Assembly (NCBI GenBank): GCA_012295275.1
Contig: CM022668.1
Span: forward strand, 1,860,001-1,924,000
Direction: 5' to 3'
Length of the DNA: 64,000 nucleotides
Source: Chrysomallon squamiferum
Lineage: Eukaryota; Animalia; Mollusca
Shown here: positions 38,949 through 54,597 of the stretch, piece by piece
Layout of the letters: each line of letters begins with the position of its first letter
Position numbering within the stretch: the stretch's first letter is position 1
Notes under the pieces: model-generated
Database searches by the model: none
The model's input: only the letters and a program-made list of their open reading frames with translations
Told to the model about the DNA's origin: nothing
Translations under genes and position numbers: made by a program

Positions 38949-39942
38949 ATGAACTCAGGAAGAAAACAACACACAAAAACTCGAGCGGTTCTGTAAATGA
39001 GTGCAAAACACTGACTTGAGAAAACAGTGACTTGAGAAAACACTCCACTCTTGTTACAGCATTCTCGCCGCCTCCAGCCTTTTCACTTCTTAAACATCTG
39101 ATCACATTGTTATTTCTTTATACTGATACCACTATTACTACAACTACTCCTACCTCTACTACTACAACTACTACTTCCACCGCTGCTGCTGCTACTACAA
39201 CTATTATTGCTGCTAATACCAATATTATTGGTATAATTGTTACTAATATTATTATTACTAAGCTATAAATATAATTATTATATTAATGTTACTACTGTTG
39301 CTATTATTACTACTATTATTATTACTACTGTTACTATTACTACTACTACTATTACTGTTACTATTACTATTACCACTAGTATTAATACAAATATAATTTA
39401 TTACGACAGCAACAAAAACAACAGTTACTACTATTACACATTCATCATCAGACGTAAAGCCTGTTAAAACTGGTGCAGTACTACCGCCATTATTACTCTA
39501 CTTCTGCTACCAGTATTTCTATTACAGCCTGTATTACAACTACTACTACTACTACTACAACTACTACTACTACTATTATTATTAATATTACAGTTACTTT
39601 TCTTCTTCTTTTTTTTTTCTCTCAGTGCTCAAGGACAAACATGATAGATTAACTTGCGCCTTATTGTTTTTTTCTAAGACAAATGGCTTTAATAAAGAAA
39701 ATGTCAGTAAATACTAGAATTTGGTACCATGTGCAGAGAAAATAAATATTTCACTCTTAACGAGTTACCATCTCCGTATCTGTTTATTTATTATAATTCG
39801 GTTTATTTTATTTTATTTTTATTTTATTTTATTTTTATTTTTTTTTTTTATTTTTATTTTTATTTTATTTTATTTTTATTTTTATTTTTTTTTTTTTATT
39901 TTTATTTTTATATTTTATTTTATTTTATTTTATTTATTATTA

Positions 39943-39991
<49 letters not shown>

Positions 39992-41260
39992 TTCGTACAG
40001 TATCTTTATTTATCCAAACAAATTTTCTCACATAAAATGTCGTTTTTAAAAGGTTTCATTTCTTGAAAAAGTACAGCTTCATTCACTCAGGGTAATGTTT
40101 CTTTCAGTGAGACAAAAACAAGATAACAGACAGTGTACATGTCAGTCCATTGCTTTTTTTAATTATTAAAAATATTGTCTGAGCTCAAGGACATTCGGGT
40201 GTCATCCACAGTAACAACAGCAGTAGAATAGCAATAGCAGTAATAACTAGTAGTAGCAGCAGTATAAGTATTAGTAGAAGTAGTAGTAATAGTGGCAATA
40301 GTATTAGTAATAATATCAGCACCAGCAGTAATAGTAGTAGTAGTAGCAACAGTAGTAACAATAGTAGTCGTAGTAGTAGTAATAGTAGCAGTAGTAGTTG
40401 TTGTTGTAGAAGTAGTAGTAGTTGTTGCAGAAGTAGTAGCAGCAGCAGCATTAGTAGTAGCTGTAGTAGTAATAGTAGTAACAGTAGCAGCTGTAACAGA
40501 AGACACTGTAACAGCAAATATTCGTATTTTTTCTAATGAATAATTTATTTTTCTTGTTAACGGTAGTTTTCTAGGGTAAAAACAGAACAATCTCTTCAAC
40601 GTCTTTTGTTAATTTTTAATTTTGTTGTTGTAATATATATGTATTGTATTTCATCTCAGTCGTGTAATCAAATCTCGATTAAGTCATGGGATGCAGCCGA
40701 TAGGCGTCCACAGACCAGATTACAAAAGAAAAATAAATATATAAATAAAAAAGATTAGAAACAAATGACATAAAGAAATACATTGTTTCAGTTTTCTTGT
40801 CATTATATTTCAGGATTTTTCGCTACTTTAATCTCAAGGACTGCTACATAATCCTATTTCATGGTACAGTTCTAGTCCTAATTTTACACACAAATGTCGT
40901 AAATCAAATACTGTTGAAGAAAGAAAGAATAACGACAACAACAACAAAAACAATTTAAAAAAAAAAAAAAAAAAAAAGAAAGAAATAACATAAAGAAATA
41001 CATTGTTTCAGTTTAAATTGTTTGAATTTTCACCTGACACCTTTGAGTTTATACATCATACACTGTTTCAGTCAACACGATCCACTGTTTCATTTTAGAG
41101 CTGATACATTGTTTCAGTTAAGACATGGTGCATTTTTTCTTCGGTTTACACACAATACATTGTGTCTGTTAATACTATACATTGTTTCAGTTTACACATT
41201 ATGTATAGTTTCAGCTGACACACAACATATTGTTTCATTTACATTATACACTGTTTCAGT

Positions 41261-42328
41261 GGTGTCGACCCGGGAAGTCGACAAATCTATTTTGTTTAGA
41301 ACCGGGACGTAGACCTGTCTAATTGTTTGTAAGTTCTGCGCTGCAGTTACGAGACGCCTTTTTGGTTAACAACGAGATGTTTATTTCTACAGTGTAGAAT
41401 GTTAACAGTGAGATGTTTATTTCTACAGTGTAGAATGTTAACAGTGAGGTGTTTATTTCTACAGTGTAGAATGTTAACACTGAGATGTTTATTTCTACAG
41501 TGTAGAATGTTAACAGTGAGGTGTTTATTTCTACAGTGTAGAATGTTAACAGTGAGGTGTTTATTTCTACAGTGTAGAATGTTAACACTGAGGTGTTTAT
41601 TTCTACAGTGTAGAATGTTAACAGTGAGGTGTTTATTTCTACAGTGTAGAATGTTAACACTGAGATGTTTATTTCTACAGTGTAGAATGTTAACAGTGAG
41701 ATGTTTATTTCTACAGTGTAGAATGTTATGTGATTACTGTCCTGGGTAGAATTTGTAATTACTGAGTAGGTACCGTTGCGTTTTTGTTTTTTGTTTATCT
41801 GCTTGTATTGTGCTCTACCAATTTACTGTTTTGTGTAGTAAATTTATCTTTCTCTTATACTGAACAGGCGCTGGTGCATTGGTTCTTTTCCCGGTTTAAT
41901 CTACATAAAGTTTTATATCAAAATGGAAAACTATTTTACATTTAACATTATGGCACAAGCTAGATTGACTTTTATCAACACGTTAAAGGGCGGACAACAT
42001 TTCTATTACACCCAGCACACATTTCCAATCTCAGGAAGAACCACGACGTCGTTCATGATGGGTTGTAGCCGAGATTCCACGTTTTAGTGCCATCCAGATG
42101 ATACTATACCAACAGCGACACACAACCCGACCCCGACTACCCCAGACAGGACAGGATAGCAGTTTAGAAGGATATTGAGGAGATCGTTTTCTACACCGAG
42201 TTGACCTAGTACTGATGATATTAGAGTTTCATATTTAAAGAAATATTTGTATACAAGACCTAATCAATATTTTGTTTCAGAAAATATAATAACTGTAAGG
42301 AACCATTATAAATATGTAATTTAATTTG

Positions 42329-42363
<35 letters not shown>

Positions 42364-42748
42364 CAACTATATGTTTATATTTTTATTATCCTCATTCTTA
42401 CGTTTAGTTCCCCCCCCCCCGTATTTGTACACTGTAACCTATTACACAACTTTTTCTGTTTTATAACTGTACTCTTGTCTTTTTCGTGTTTATAGTCATG
42501 CTGACTTTGGCAAATAAACAAACTGAACAGAAACTGAATTGTAGAAATAGTAGTAGTAGTAGTAATAGCTGCGGTACAGTATCATCTCGTTGTCACATTT
42601 TGACTGCGCATACAGCGTCAGCCAGGTAAAACAGCAATTAACGGGTCCCGGGACATCGACAAATCCTCTCTGATACATTTCAGCTTGTCCCGCTAAGTAG
42701 ACACAATTTTAATATCATGTATACAAGTTGTCGACTTCGCGGGCCATA
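41261..42748. mobile_element. Putative non-autonomous DNA transposon (MITE-like), about 1.5 kb
   Basis: Near-terminal inverted repeats CCCGGGAAGTCGACAA (41269-41284) and TTGTCGACTTCGCGGG (42728-42743), 15/16 match. ACTGTTTCAGT flanks both ends (41250-41260, 42749-42759). It interrupts a degenerate ATACATTGTTTCAGTT repeat that resumes afterwards. No transposase ORF. Confidence 0.6.
41365..41728. repeat. 36-bp tandem repeat, about 10 copies, with internal palindrome
   Basis: Unit GTTAACA(G/C)TGAG(A/G)TGTTTATTTCTACAGTGTAGAAT, head-to-tail with no spacers; TTCTACA-G-TGTAGAA is an inverted repeat. Confidence 0.95.
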
Positions 42749-44470
42749 ACTGTTTCAGTTGACACAATACATCGTTTTATTTGTCATCACATATTGTTTC
42801 AATTTAGTCATGATACATTGTTTCAGTTCAGTCGTGATACAGTGTTTCATATTACACAATATACATTGTTTCAGTTAAATCGTGATACATTTGATCAGTT
42901 TTCACATCATACATTGTTTCAGTTTAGTCGTGATACATTGTTTCAGTTTAGACATGACTTTGTTTCAGATTACACAAGATCAGTGTTCACGTGACTATTT
43001 GTTTGAGTTCACATGTGACACGTTGTTTTATTTTATTACTTTTTGTGTCAGGATCGGGTTTACCTTTTACCTTGAAAAACACATTAAACAGAACTCGTTC
43101 AATCAGCTCGAACGAGTGAGAATGACAGGAAAGATAAAAGAAAAAAGAAAGAAAAACAGAAAGAATGAATCAATGAATGAAAGAATATATGAATAAATGA
43201 ATGAATAAATGACTAAATGAAGGAAGGAAGGAATGACTAAATGAATGAATGAATGCAAGAAAGAAAGAATAAATGAATGAATGAAGAAAATATGAAAGAA
43301 AGAATAATGCTTCTGATTCTGATGATGATGATAATGAACATCATCATCATGATAAACTTGGATAAATAAAAGTAAAAAAGAATGTTGATTGTTATTGCCA
43401 TCTTATCTTTGATATTTTTGTATGTAAAATAAATGCAGGTGTTCTGTATACTGTCAAGACTTTTACCTCTGTTAGCCTCAGCGCACCTGCAGTTTCAAAC
43501 ACACGTTTAATGAGAAGTGAAAAGGTGAGAAACTCTCACATCTGTTGTCTCCTGACAGCTGTAAAACAACAAACTATCTCATTTCAACTCGGTGACATTT
43601 TCCTAAAATTGATTTTAATTAAGGAAGTAGTAGTGTTTGTCAGGTTGCTTTTCATTGGATTGTAAATATAACCATAAAACCAACGCCAGCTATAACAAAG
43701 AACGAAAGCAACAAAAGAAAACATTATTATTATTATTATTATAATTATTATTATCGTCATTATCGTCATAATCATGATCATAATCATCATTATTATTATT
43801 ACAATTATCATTATTATCATTATCATCTTCGGCATTATCGTCATCATCATCATGTTATTATTATTATTATTATTTTTTTTATTATTATTATCGACATTAT
43901 GATCATCATCAACTTCGTCATTATCGTCATAATCATCATCATAATCATCATTATTATTATTACTATTATCATTATCATCATTATCATCTTCGGCATTATC
44001 GTCATCATCATCATGTTGTTATTATTATTATTATTATTATTATCTAATTGTGAGAATAATTAATATTCTTTTACCGGATAAACTACATTTCTCTGAGCTG
44101 TGATTCCTTCGATCAACCATGTTTATTATATTTTAACTTACATTAACCTTTAAATGTTTTAAAACGTATGTAAAAAGATATTGCTGTCATCGAGACTAAA
44201 TCTTGTAATTAGACATGAAAACACAGCGAAACGCGTGTTGATATAAATGATTTCTTCAGATTTATCAAATAATGTATTTATACATCACTTGTGTGTTTGG
44301 TATCAGACTGCATGAAACACACAAAGCGACGTTCTGGTCGCAACGACGTGAACAACAGTGTAAACAACCACAGCAACCAGTCTATCTGTCATTAACAAGA
44401 CTAATGTACTCAATTAGCGTTGTTGAAATTAGAAAATAAAAAGCTAACATTACCAACTGTCTGTCTCTCT

Positions 44471-44573
<103 letters not shown>

Positions 44574-44633
44574 AATAAAAATGACATAAATAAGAATAAG
44601 AAAAAATAATGAAAAATAAGTAAGTTAGTAAGT

Positions 44634-44680
<47 letters not shown>

Positions 44681-45541
44681 ATTGTTAAATATAGTTTTAA
44701 CCGGACGTTGCTGGTCGATTTCATGCTGTAAATAACATGTCTAACCCGACATCCTTTTCATGTTAAATTCACGCTGACCTGGTGATAAGTAAAACAGATA
44801 AAACAGACTGAAGAGAAGAGGGACTTGCATCAGCTGACAGACAACAATCCTCTTACAAATCAAGCACACAACCAAGCCAAACGTCACCGTACCAAAACCC
44901 ACAACAGTGAGGATAAATAAAACTAATATATCGACCAAACCCATACGCACTACACCAATGAACCAAACAACTGATAAGCAAAACAACAAACAAACAGACC
45001 CTCCAGCGAAACAATCCATCGACCATCTCACCCACCAGGTATTTAATCACCCAATCAACAACGAAAGCACTAACCAACCGAACAAACACGTGCTCGCGTC
45101 CAGTCAAAATTGGTGGGTTTGTGATGCGCCCGGCATCACATTTCTTTAATCTCTTTAGTTGGATTATTTAGATTATGTTGCCAAGACCGTGTCAGTGTTG
45201 TAGTCAGAATGAACAAGTTTGATTTGAATACGTCGCGTATAATAGTTTTCTCACTGAATCAGCTTTATCACGCTAACACTAATAAACTTACAGATACAGT
45301 TACTAGTGAAAGAGGTGTGTGTTACGTTATTAGACCATGGCAGTTTAAACTACTCAGATGTGGTAAATTGTACAGGTATTTAGTACACTGAAATGTACTT
45401 ATCTATATCACCATCAGTGTAATTAGTGTATGGCAGTAGATACCTTTGTGATTACATCTGAAAAAGATCCGTTTATCGTATTTTCACTCGGATTCATTGC
45501 CATGGTCTGAATATATGTAGACATATACGTTGTCATTGTCT

Positions 45542-45760
45542 CAGTGTACGTTGCCACAGTCAGTATACATTGCCACAGTCTCAATATACGTTGCCATAGT
45601 CTCAGTATACATTGTCAGAATCTCAGTATACGTAGCCATAGTCTCAGTATACATTGTCAGAATATCAGTATACGTTGCCATAGTCTCAGTATACATTGTC
45701 AGAATCTCAGTATACGTTGCCATAGTATCAGTATACGTTGCCATAGTTTCAGTATACATC
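45542..45760. repeat. 21-bp minisatellite with alternating A/B units
   Basis: CAGTATACGTTGCCATAGTCT alternates with CAGTATACATTGTCAGAATCT, about 10 units. Confidence 0.9.
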
Positions 45761-46360
45761 GACATATTCTATATTGTTTTATTTTCTATTAGTAACATTA
45801 TTATTATCGTTAGTAACATCAGTAGTATTAGCAGCAGTGATAGTAGTTGAAGTAAAAGTAGTAAAACTATTGTTCTTATTATTATTAGTAGTAGAATCAT
45901 TCGTAGTAGAAGTAGAAATGATACTTAATAGTAGTAACAGCGGTAATAATAGTAGTTTTAGTACTATGAGTATAAAAAGTTGTTGTTGTTGTGGTAATAG
46001 TAGTACATGTAGTTTTGTTCACGTTACTGCTATTGTATTTGCACAAAATAGCATTTGAGATAATAGCTTTAGGGCTGAAAAAGGGACAAAAGAAAAAAAA
46101 AATAACTTCGTCAAAGAAGAAGAAAAATAATAATAAAGACTAGAAGAAGATGAAAAAATAACGAAAAAACAAAATGTTATTGGACAAAACTTAATTGCTT
46201 AAAAACGCTAGTGTGAGACCATCTGTTTCTTGAACACTTCCGGAAAGAACAACATCATTAAAATGACGTCATATGGAGAAATGTAATATTGACCCATCGG
46301 GTGAAAAAATGTTTTAATATTTTGATCTAAAAACTGAAACTTATATGAGCAGGTATAAAA

Positions 46361-46395
<35 letters not shown>

Positions 46396-47333
46396 GAATA
46401 ATAAATTTGGCATGACTAAACAAGCATCACTGCTGCTCCTCAAATTATTCTAAACGGTAATCTTTCGTTTTCTTCTTCAGACATCCCTAAATGATTATTT
46501 CTTTATCTCTCTCAGAACCGCTAAAAATAGTAATTTCTGTTACCCACTTTAGAATCTTCCTAAATAATCCAGTTATTTGTAGTAAACGTTATTTCCACCA
46601 TAGCCCCAGGCGTCCATTTAGACTGGTCAATTTGCAATGTCCAAAACTGTAAATTCAGAACCACAAGTCAGAAATAAACGTTTTACTCAGATGTGTTGTA
46701 AAATTATACTACTACTAATATTACTATTATTAGTAGTAGTCGTGATCGTTGTCGTCGATAGCAGTACTAGTAGTAGTAGTAGTACTAATAGTACTAGTAG
46801 TAATAGTAGTACTAGTAGGACTAGTAGTAGTAATAGTAGTAGCAGTAGTAGTAGCAGTAGTGTATTCAGTAATAGTAGTAATAGTAGTGGTACTAGTGGT
46901 AGTAGTAGTAGTACTAGTAGTAGGAGTAGTGATGGTATTATGTGTAATGACATGATAGTAGTACTAGTAGTAGTAGTAGTAATAGTAGTAGCAGTAGTTG
47001 TAGTAGTGTATCCAGCAGTAGTAGTAATAGTAGCAGTAACGGTTTATACACAGTAAGGGTAAACATATTTTCTTTTAGAGTTACGATTCATGCATCTGAT
47101 AACTGGAAAATATAACGTAAATATTTATAGCTAATTATGAATGTCATTGTTTTAATAGCGTCCACAGAGAGAAAAATCAATGATTAATTCACTTTATATA
47201 CTAATTACAGGTCGCTATTCATACATGTTTTGTTATGAGATGAACAGCACAATGACGCGCAAACACGCGAGTTATAATATGACTATATAACTATATAAAC
47301 AGACATTCAGATAGGAAAACACTGAAATACATA

Positions 47334-47400
<67 letters not shown>

Positions 47401-48452
47401 AAGTTTCTGAGAAAATGTCGGTCACATCTATTTGCAGCAGCGTCCTCCACGAGCTGTCAAACTCGTCTTTCACTCGTGTTGTTAAAAACAATATTAATTT
47501 TCTATAAATACTGCACGCCTTTCCTACTGAACAAAAAAACAATAACACTGTGCAGGATTCAAAGTCTGAGATTTCCATGACGCCGTCTCATATTAAATCC
47601 GACATATTCTACAAGATGTAATTTAACCAATCAACGTAGATTGTCGTAAAGAATGGAGAGCGGTACAGAATACATTCTCACATAACCATGCATTAACGGC
47701 ATTGTCAGACTGCGAAGCTTCAGTGCGCACGCGCAGACCAGTTCACTCGCGTCCTGCAATAGGATTTTCTTGACAATTTGTTCTAACTAGTTATCAGCAT
47801 GTCTTGTCTGCCACGCCACGTCCTAGACTCTTCATCGTTCAATTAGGAAAACTTACATAAACTGAGATTCATCTGTGAAAAACTGCAGGATGGTATAAAT
47901 AGAATGTAAGTAGAATTTATTTCACATTATTTTTATATTACTTTGCTTTGAATTAAAAAGCGTTATTCTTAGAACATTACATTTAATACTTTTAACTGAA
48001 ATAACTCTTCTCTGTTTGAAATTTTATTTTATATGACTTTATAACTTTTGCCTTTCTATCTGTCTGACTATGTATCCATCTGTCTACCTATAATATTTTT
48101 TTTATATATATCCACCAATCTTTCATCTACATGTTTAACTATCTGTCTATATATCTCTCCATCTGTTTGTCTGTGTCAGCCTGTCTGTCTTTGGAATACT
48201 ACTGTAACGACAACAGCTACTACAACTACTGTCTGTCTGCCTATCTGTGTATTTATCTATGTGTCTATCTGCCTGTTTGTTTAATCTATCTGTATATACT
48301 TTGTACTACACACAAGTGATGTCAGACTGGACGTGAACCTCTGCTTCCCGAATATTGTCTACGTGCAGACTCTAATCAGACGTACATAAGACAGAGAATA
48401 TTCAAAATCCTAAAATACATAGATACATCCACACATATATTCATGTTTCTAG

Positions 48453-48568
<116 letters not shown>

Positions 48569-49273
48569 TGATTCTGACACAAATTATATTCCGACAGAAT
48601 ACTGCATCTATTCCACATCCTTCATCCATCCATCCAACCATCCATCAATCCATTCAGTTCTCCGTCTACCTGCTTCTCTGCTTTTCAATCTGTGTCCTTT
48701 AGATTATCTGCCTATCAATGAAGCTAATAAAAAGAAGAGTTCTGACAACCTCTCAAATTAAACATCTTTACGATCTCATAGATTCCTCAGCGTGTTCTAT
48801 AAATACAGTTTTATTATGATTGTATGTTTCTGTTTGTCTCAGAGAGTCGTGTTGCTGCTTGCCTATACGTGGACGCAAACCTGACCAATATAAATACAGT
48901 CATTTTCTTTTTAACTCCTTCTCCTTCATCATCATCATTTTCATCAATATCGTCATTTTACATTGTCATCCTCTAATTTCTTAATTCTTTTCTTTCTTTT
49001 ATGTTTAATCGTTATCATCGTTGTCGTAATTTCCCATTTTCTTTTCTTTTCGTTTTTTTTGTTATTGTCTTCTTTATCATGGTCATCACCGTTATAAACA
49101 TCATCTTCATTTAATTTCTCTCTCTCGTTTGCTGTTCCCATCATCATCATCATCATCATTTACATCATCACCAGGGTCAATTATAACGTCTGATTTTTAG
49201 TCCAAATACCGGCGTCGTCAGCGTCGTTATCATCATCAACGTCATTTGCCACTTACTATTTCATTTCTCCAAT

Positions 49274-49366
<93 letters not shown>

Positions 49367-51174
49367 CTCTATGAATGTTCAATGAGTAACTCGCTATTCT
49401 AATTAAAGAAAACTGTATGGAGAAAATAATCAATTTTAATTTCTACAAAAATAATGAACTGACGGCAAAACCCCCATAAATCTATATTATACAAAGTCTG
49501 TCACTTTGTTTCTTATAGCTTTATCTTTGCATGAATCTCTGCATCTGTGAATTTACATCGTTTATCAATGCTTATCTTTATTTTCCTGGGTTATTTATTT
49601 ATTTGTTTATTTATTTATTGTTATTGTTATCATCATCATCATCATTATTACTATTATTATTATCATCATCATCATCATTATTATTATTATCATAATCATC
49701 ATCATCATTAACATCATCATGATCATTATTATTATTATTTTAATTTGTTTTTCTATGCAAGAACATAAATAATTATTTTTTAATTCGTGCACCTGCCTGT
49801 ATGTCCGTGCATATGTTATAAATTAAATTAAGCCTGATTGTAAAGATTGCTTTATTTATGGTTTACTTATATCCTGCTGGCAAAACGTAATCACATTATC
49901 TCAGATATTTTTACCATCCGCAACATCTTATCAGTGAAATGAAATAATTACGTACAAATTAAATTATATATATATAAAAAAAAAAAAAAAAAAAAAAATA
50001 AAATAAAAAATCATAATATTAATATACTGAACCTGTTTGACACAATGATAAGATTATTATCACGATGGCAATTTTCACAAGTAAATCAATTCAAAAAGAA
50101 ATGAAAGTAACAGAAAATATGAAAAAAGATATTAATTTGCCTGAAGCAGTCGCGGATTATTTGAACAGTTAATAAACCGAAAAAGTTTCTGTTTTCTGTT
50201 AATCTTTATAACAAACCACACATCAACTACGACTACTAGTATTAGTTTTACTACAAAAACTGCTATACTTAGCATTAGTAGCAGATCTTCTACTTATACT
50301 ACTGTCGTTATCATTACCTACTACCATTAGAATTATTAATAATATTATATTAGTACTAGTAATGCTACTGTTACTGTTATTACTACTACAACAACGACTG
50401 CTACTACTAGCGCGAGTGCGACTACGATATTATGTCTGTTCTACAACAATTATTACTATTACTACTGTGCAACTACCACTACTACTTCATCTACTATTAC
50501 TATTACAATTACTGCTTCGCACGATATACTACTATTTAAATTAGTGGTAAATTACTCTTATTAATATTGCTGTTGCTACTGCTATTACTACTACGACTAC
50601 TATTACAACTACTTTGTATCAAATTACAACTGCAACTACTGTTACGGTTTATGTCATCACAACTAATACTAATGCGTTTACAACAACAGAAACTACTAAT
50701 ATACTACTATTATACAATTACCGCAACTACTAGGTACTTAAATTATGACTAATAACAACATTAATGTAACCACTATTTAAAGATATAATTTTATTTAGTT
50801 ATTTATTTGTTTATTTAATTGTTTGATTGTTTTTTCGTTCCATCTTTCCTTCTTTCTTTATTGTCTGTGAAGTGTCAATGACACAGTTTAAAATAGAACT
50901 ACGCCGCCACAGAAAGTCGTTAAACGTTGTATATCTTCGTCAGTAATCGACCTTCTGGTCACAGCCTTGGGGAGGAGAAGAGGTTTTTCTGAGGGAGAAC
51001 TGTGTTATTTCCATGCTGAGAGGACAGATATTTGAAGACAATAGTAATAGCTGTAGTTTATTCTAATTACCACCAACCGACAGCGAGCCAATTAACGTCT
51101 GCCCACGAAATCATTGCGCGTTATTTCAGTCTTTCCTTTCAGCTTTTTATCCCTATGTGTTTAATTGAGGTAAT

Positions 51175-51205
<31 letters not shown>

Positions 51206-52343
51206 TACGTTTATCTCATTTCAAACTGGAGACGTCTTCAATCAAATTATTATTGTCACCAGCCATTTTATTTTACTGCAGCAGCTACTAATATTATTCT
51301 TTCTTCTGTAACTATAGATACTGTTGTCGTTTCAGGTATAGTTCTGACGACAACAATACTATACTTGTATTACATCTACTGCAACCACTGCTACAAATTT
51401 AAACTCTATAACTACAACTTTTGTTACAATAAGAGGTACTAGAAAACAATTATAGTACATGTTATTAACTTAGCTACTACTGCTATTATCATTACTGTTA
51501 CTGTAACTACTAACACTGCTACAACTGCTACAAAGACTGATACTAATAGTGGTACTGATTATAATTGTTCTATTACTATTCCATTAAAACTAACCTTATT
51601 AATTATGTAAAGCATTATTAATGAATAAATTATTAATAATAGCATATTATTTTATTTTATTTAAAAAAAGTTTCCACCCCCTACACTTCGAAACCATACA
51701 AACAAAAATTACATTTTAATGACGCAATACACTGGTAGCGTGTCGCAACTTTTTAAATTTCCTTTCTCTACTCTTACCTCATTTTCCCCCATTAAGCGTG
51801 GGGAAGTTAAAGAGACGGTGTAACAACAACACTTTCTGTGTTTCCGTTGTACGTTTTATTCCTCAAGCTTTCTAATCTAATCGTTTTCTTTTTTCTCATT
51901 AATTTCATTTTCTATCTCGTCTATAAACAGTTCAATAACGAATCGACATCCCGTGTAATTACTGCAGAATTTAGAATCTTGTTTTCTGCTCTATTACGAC
52001 AATACGGCTTCCTTTAAGGCCAAACTAATCGAAAAGTATTCAACAAAATTAATTCCTAAGAGCTCGTACTTGTACAGACAAAGCGGGTGACATTTAGTAC
52101 ATAATTTAACACGCTGTACGAGATAAATATACAGACAACAGCTTCTGGAAAAGTACAGTTTCACATATAAACACGAGGATGTACAGAGCTGAAGCTGGGA
52201 GGAAAGAAATGTTCGATGATTTTAAAAAGATGGATGGATGGACGGACGGTTATGTGGATAGATAGTTTAATTGGTTTTCGACACAATAAAAAGAAAGGAA
52301 AATATTTGTATTTAATTGTGTTATACTGCTACTGCTGGTGCTG

Positions 52344-52384
<41 letters not shown>

Positions 52385-52776
52385 GCGACCAATAATAATA
52401 ATAATAATCAAAGTAATAATAATAATACAGTGATACACACGTGTAGAGACTGCAAACGTCTCAATCAGAAATGTCTCAACGGTGAACACCACAGATGCTA
52501 CAACGACACACATACACACACACACGCACACACACACACATACATACATACATACATATATATTTATAAGGCAGACACATACATACAGAAACAATCACCT
52601 AGAAAGAAGTACAGAAAGAAGTATGTAATTACTGGAATGTCACAAAGAAGAACGTTATTATTAATAATTCAGTTATTTCTACAGTCTAGACAGAAATGAC
52701 GTTTCAGGCTTCACTTGATCAATTTGTTTTACATCTCCACTAACTCCGTCATCTGTCTTCCATCTAGTTTTCTTCG

Positions 52777-52865
<89 letters not shown>

Positions 52866-54521
52866 CTGTAATAGTCACATGCTAGCATGTACAAATGCAG
52901 TCCATCATCTACATATACACGCACTTTTTTCTTTCTTTCTTACTAATAATACTCTGCTTATTTATTTATTAATTTTATTTTATTTTATTTTTTCATTTAG
53001 TATAGACTAATGCACTCATTAACTTTATCCAGAATATGAACGCACAACTCAAACAAAACATATATTTTAAAGAGATGACTTGAACTGCAGTTTCTTGTAA
53101 TCATTTTGTTATTTTCGTCCTTAGTCCAGCTCTCATTAGTACGTGACATCACTTTCTATTCATCTCTCTTTCTTTCATCACACAGAGCTGCCTTTTCATT
53201 TTGAGCAAAACACAGGTGCGTGGTTTCTGTTGGAGGAAAATAGTCACATAATATTGATAGCTACGAATACTTAATAGTAGGGTTTGTCTATAAGTTGAAA
53301 TTGTTTCCTATTTTCGTACTGCACTGATAACCATGAACCGGACTACAAAATTACATCGTACAGAGTTTTCAGTATACAGTATACTTTGTAAATCATGAAC
53401 TGGACTATTAAAATACATATTATGATTGAGATATTTTAGTTTGTGGTATATATGCGACAGAATTGCTCGGGTCGAACGGCGATGCCAGCTCGGCAGAGCT
53501 ATGTTGCACTGGGCATTCTCACCTTCGCAGGATAAAGCTGAAATCTTAAGACAGTAACCAATTATAAATTTTTTTTTCTTTTTTTTTTTTAAAATTTTAT
53601 AAATTTTTTAATACATTACATTTAGGCTAGTAGAATGTAAACAAAGAATGATAATGGACATTTATCGATTAATCACTGTAAAGCAGCTTGTTTGATTTCA
53701 AACAATGAATTATAAATGACTGATGTTAATAATAGTATTTTAATAAGCTGTGGTTTGTGTATATAAATCATTTTTGTATGATACGGTTATCACTGAAATA
53801 CAGCATTTTTTTTTTTTTTTTTAATGAAAACTTGTTTTGTTAGCACATGATCGATCAATATTTACTATAATCTTATACTCGTTTTCAAAGGTTAACAGAA
53901 GCTATAAATTATGAATAATTCAGAAATAATGAAACTATTTAGACGTATATCATAGTTTTTGAGAGAAAAACACATTATGTGCATTATCATCTTTTAGTTT
54001 TAACGTAAGTTTATAGCAGAGATACGGAAGTAAAAAAAGACAGGGCAGCGAAAAAAAAAAATTAGAAAATTACATCAGAAATTGGTTTTACATTTAAAGG
54101 TACATGCATTGTTTCTGTTTTATTTATTTATTGCTACCACAACTATAACTGTTACTACGGCTAATACAACTACAACTACAACTACTACTGCATCTATTAC
54201 AACTACTGTTATTACTACTGCTACTATTATTAATACTACTACTACGAGTACTACTGTAGTTACGTCTGTTGTCATCCCTGACAATCTAGGTAAATCACTG
54301 AATCCTGTATTATTCTTAAAGTACCTTAATATTATTGTTAGCAAAGATTAGTGGCCACTGATACACAGAGAGCTGAGCTGTACAAAGTCTGTTTAGATTA
54401 TGTTGCTATTTTCTCCTCTTTTACAAGAAGTTAAAATGTTAAATTAATTTATATACAAATGAATTTCTTTGCATGTTAACAAGCAATATCAGATCAAACA
54501 TAAATTTAAAAAAAAAGGTAT

Positions 54522-54597
<76 letters not shown>

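Noticed and set aside
41365-41728. 36-bp repeat whose ATTTCTACAGTGTAGA stem resembles a Cas12a CRISPR direct repeat
   Set aside because: Units are head-to-tail with no unique spacers, there are no cas genes, and the context is eukaryotic; it is a minisatellite.
47500-47911. Possible promoter and non-coding first exon of the receptor (TATAAATA about 47504, CCAAT about 47627, GTAAGT at 47906)
   Set aside because: Short motifs are common in AT-rich DNA and their order is atypical; not supportable without transcript data.
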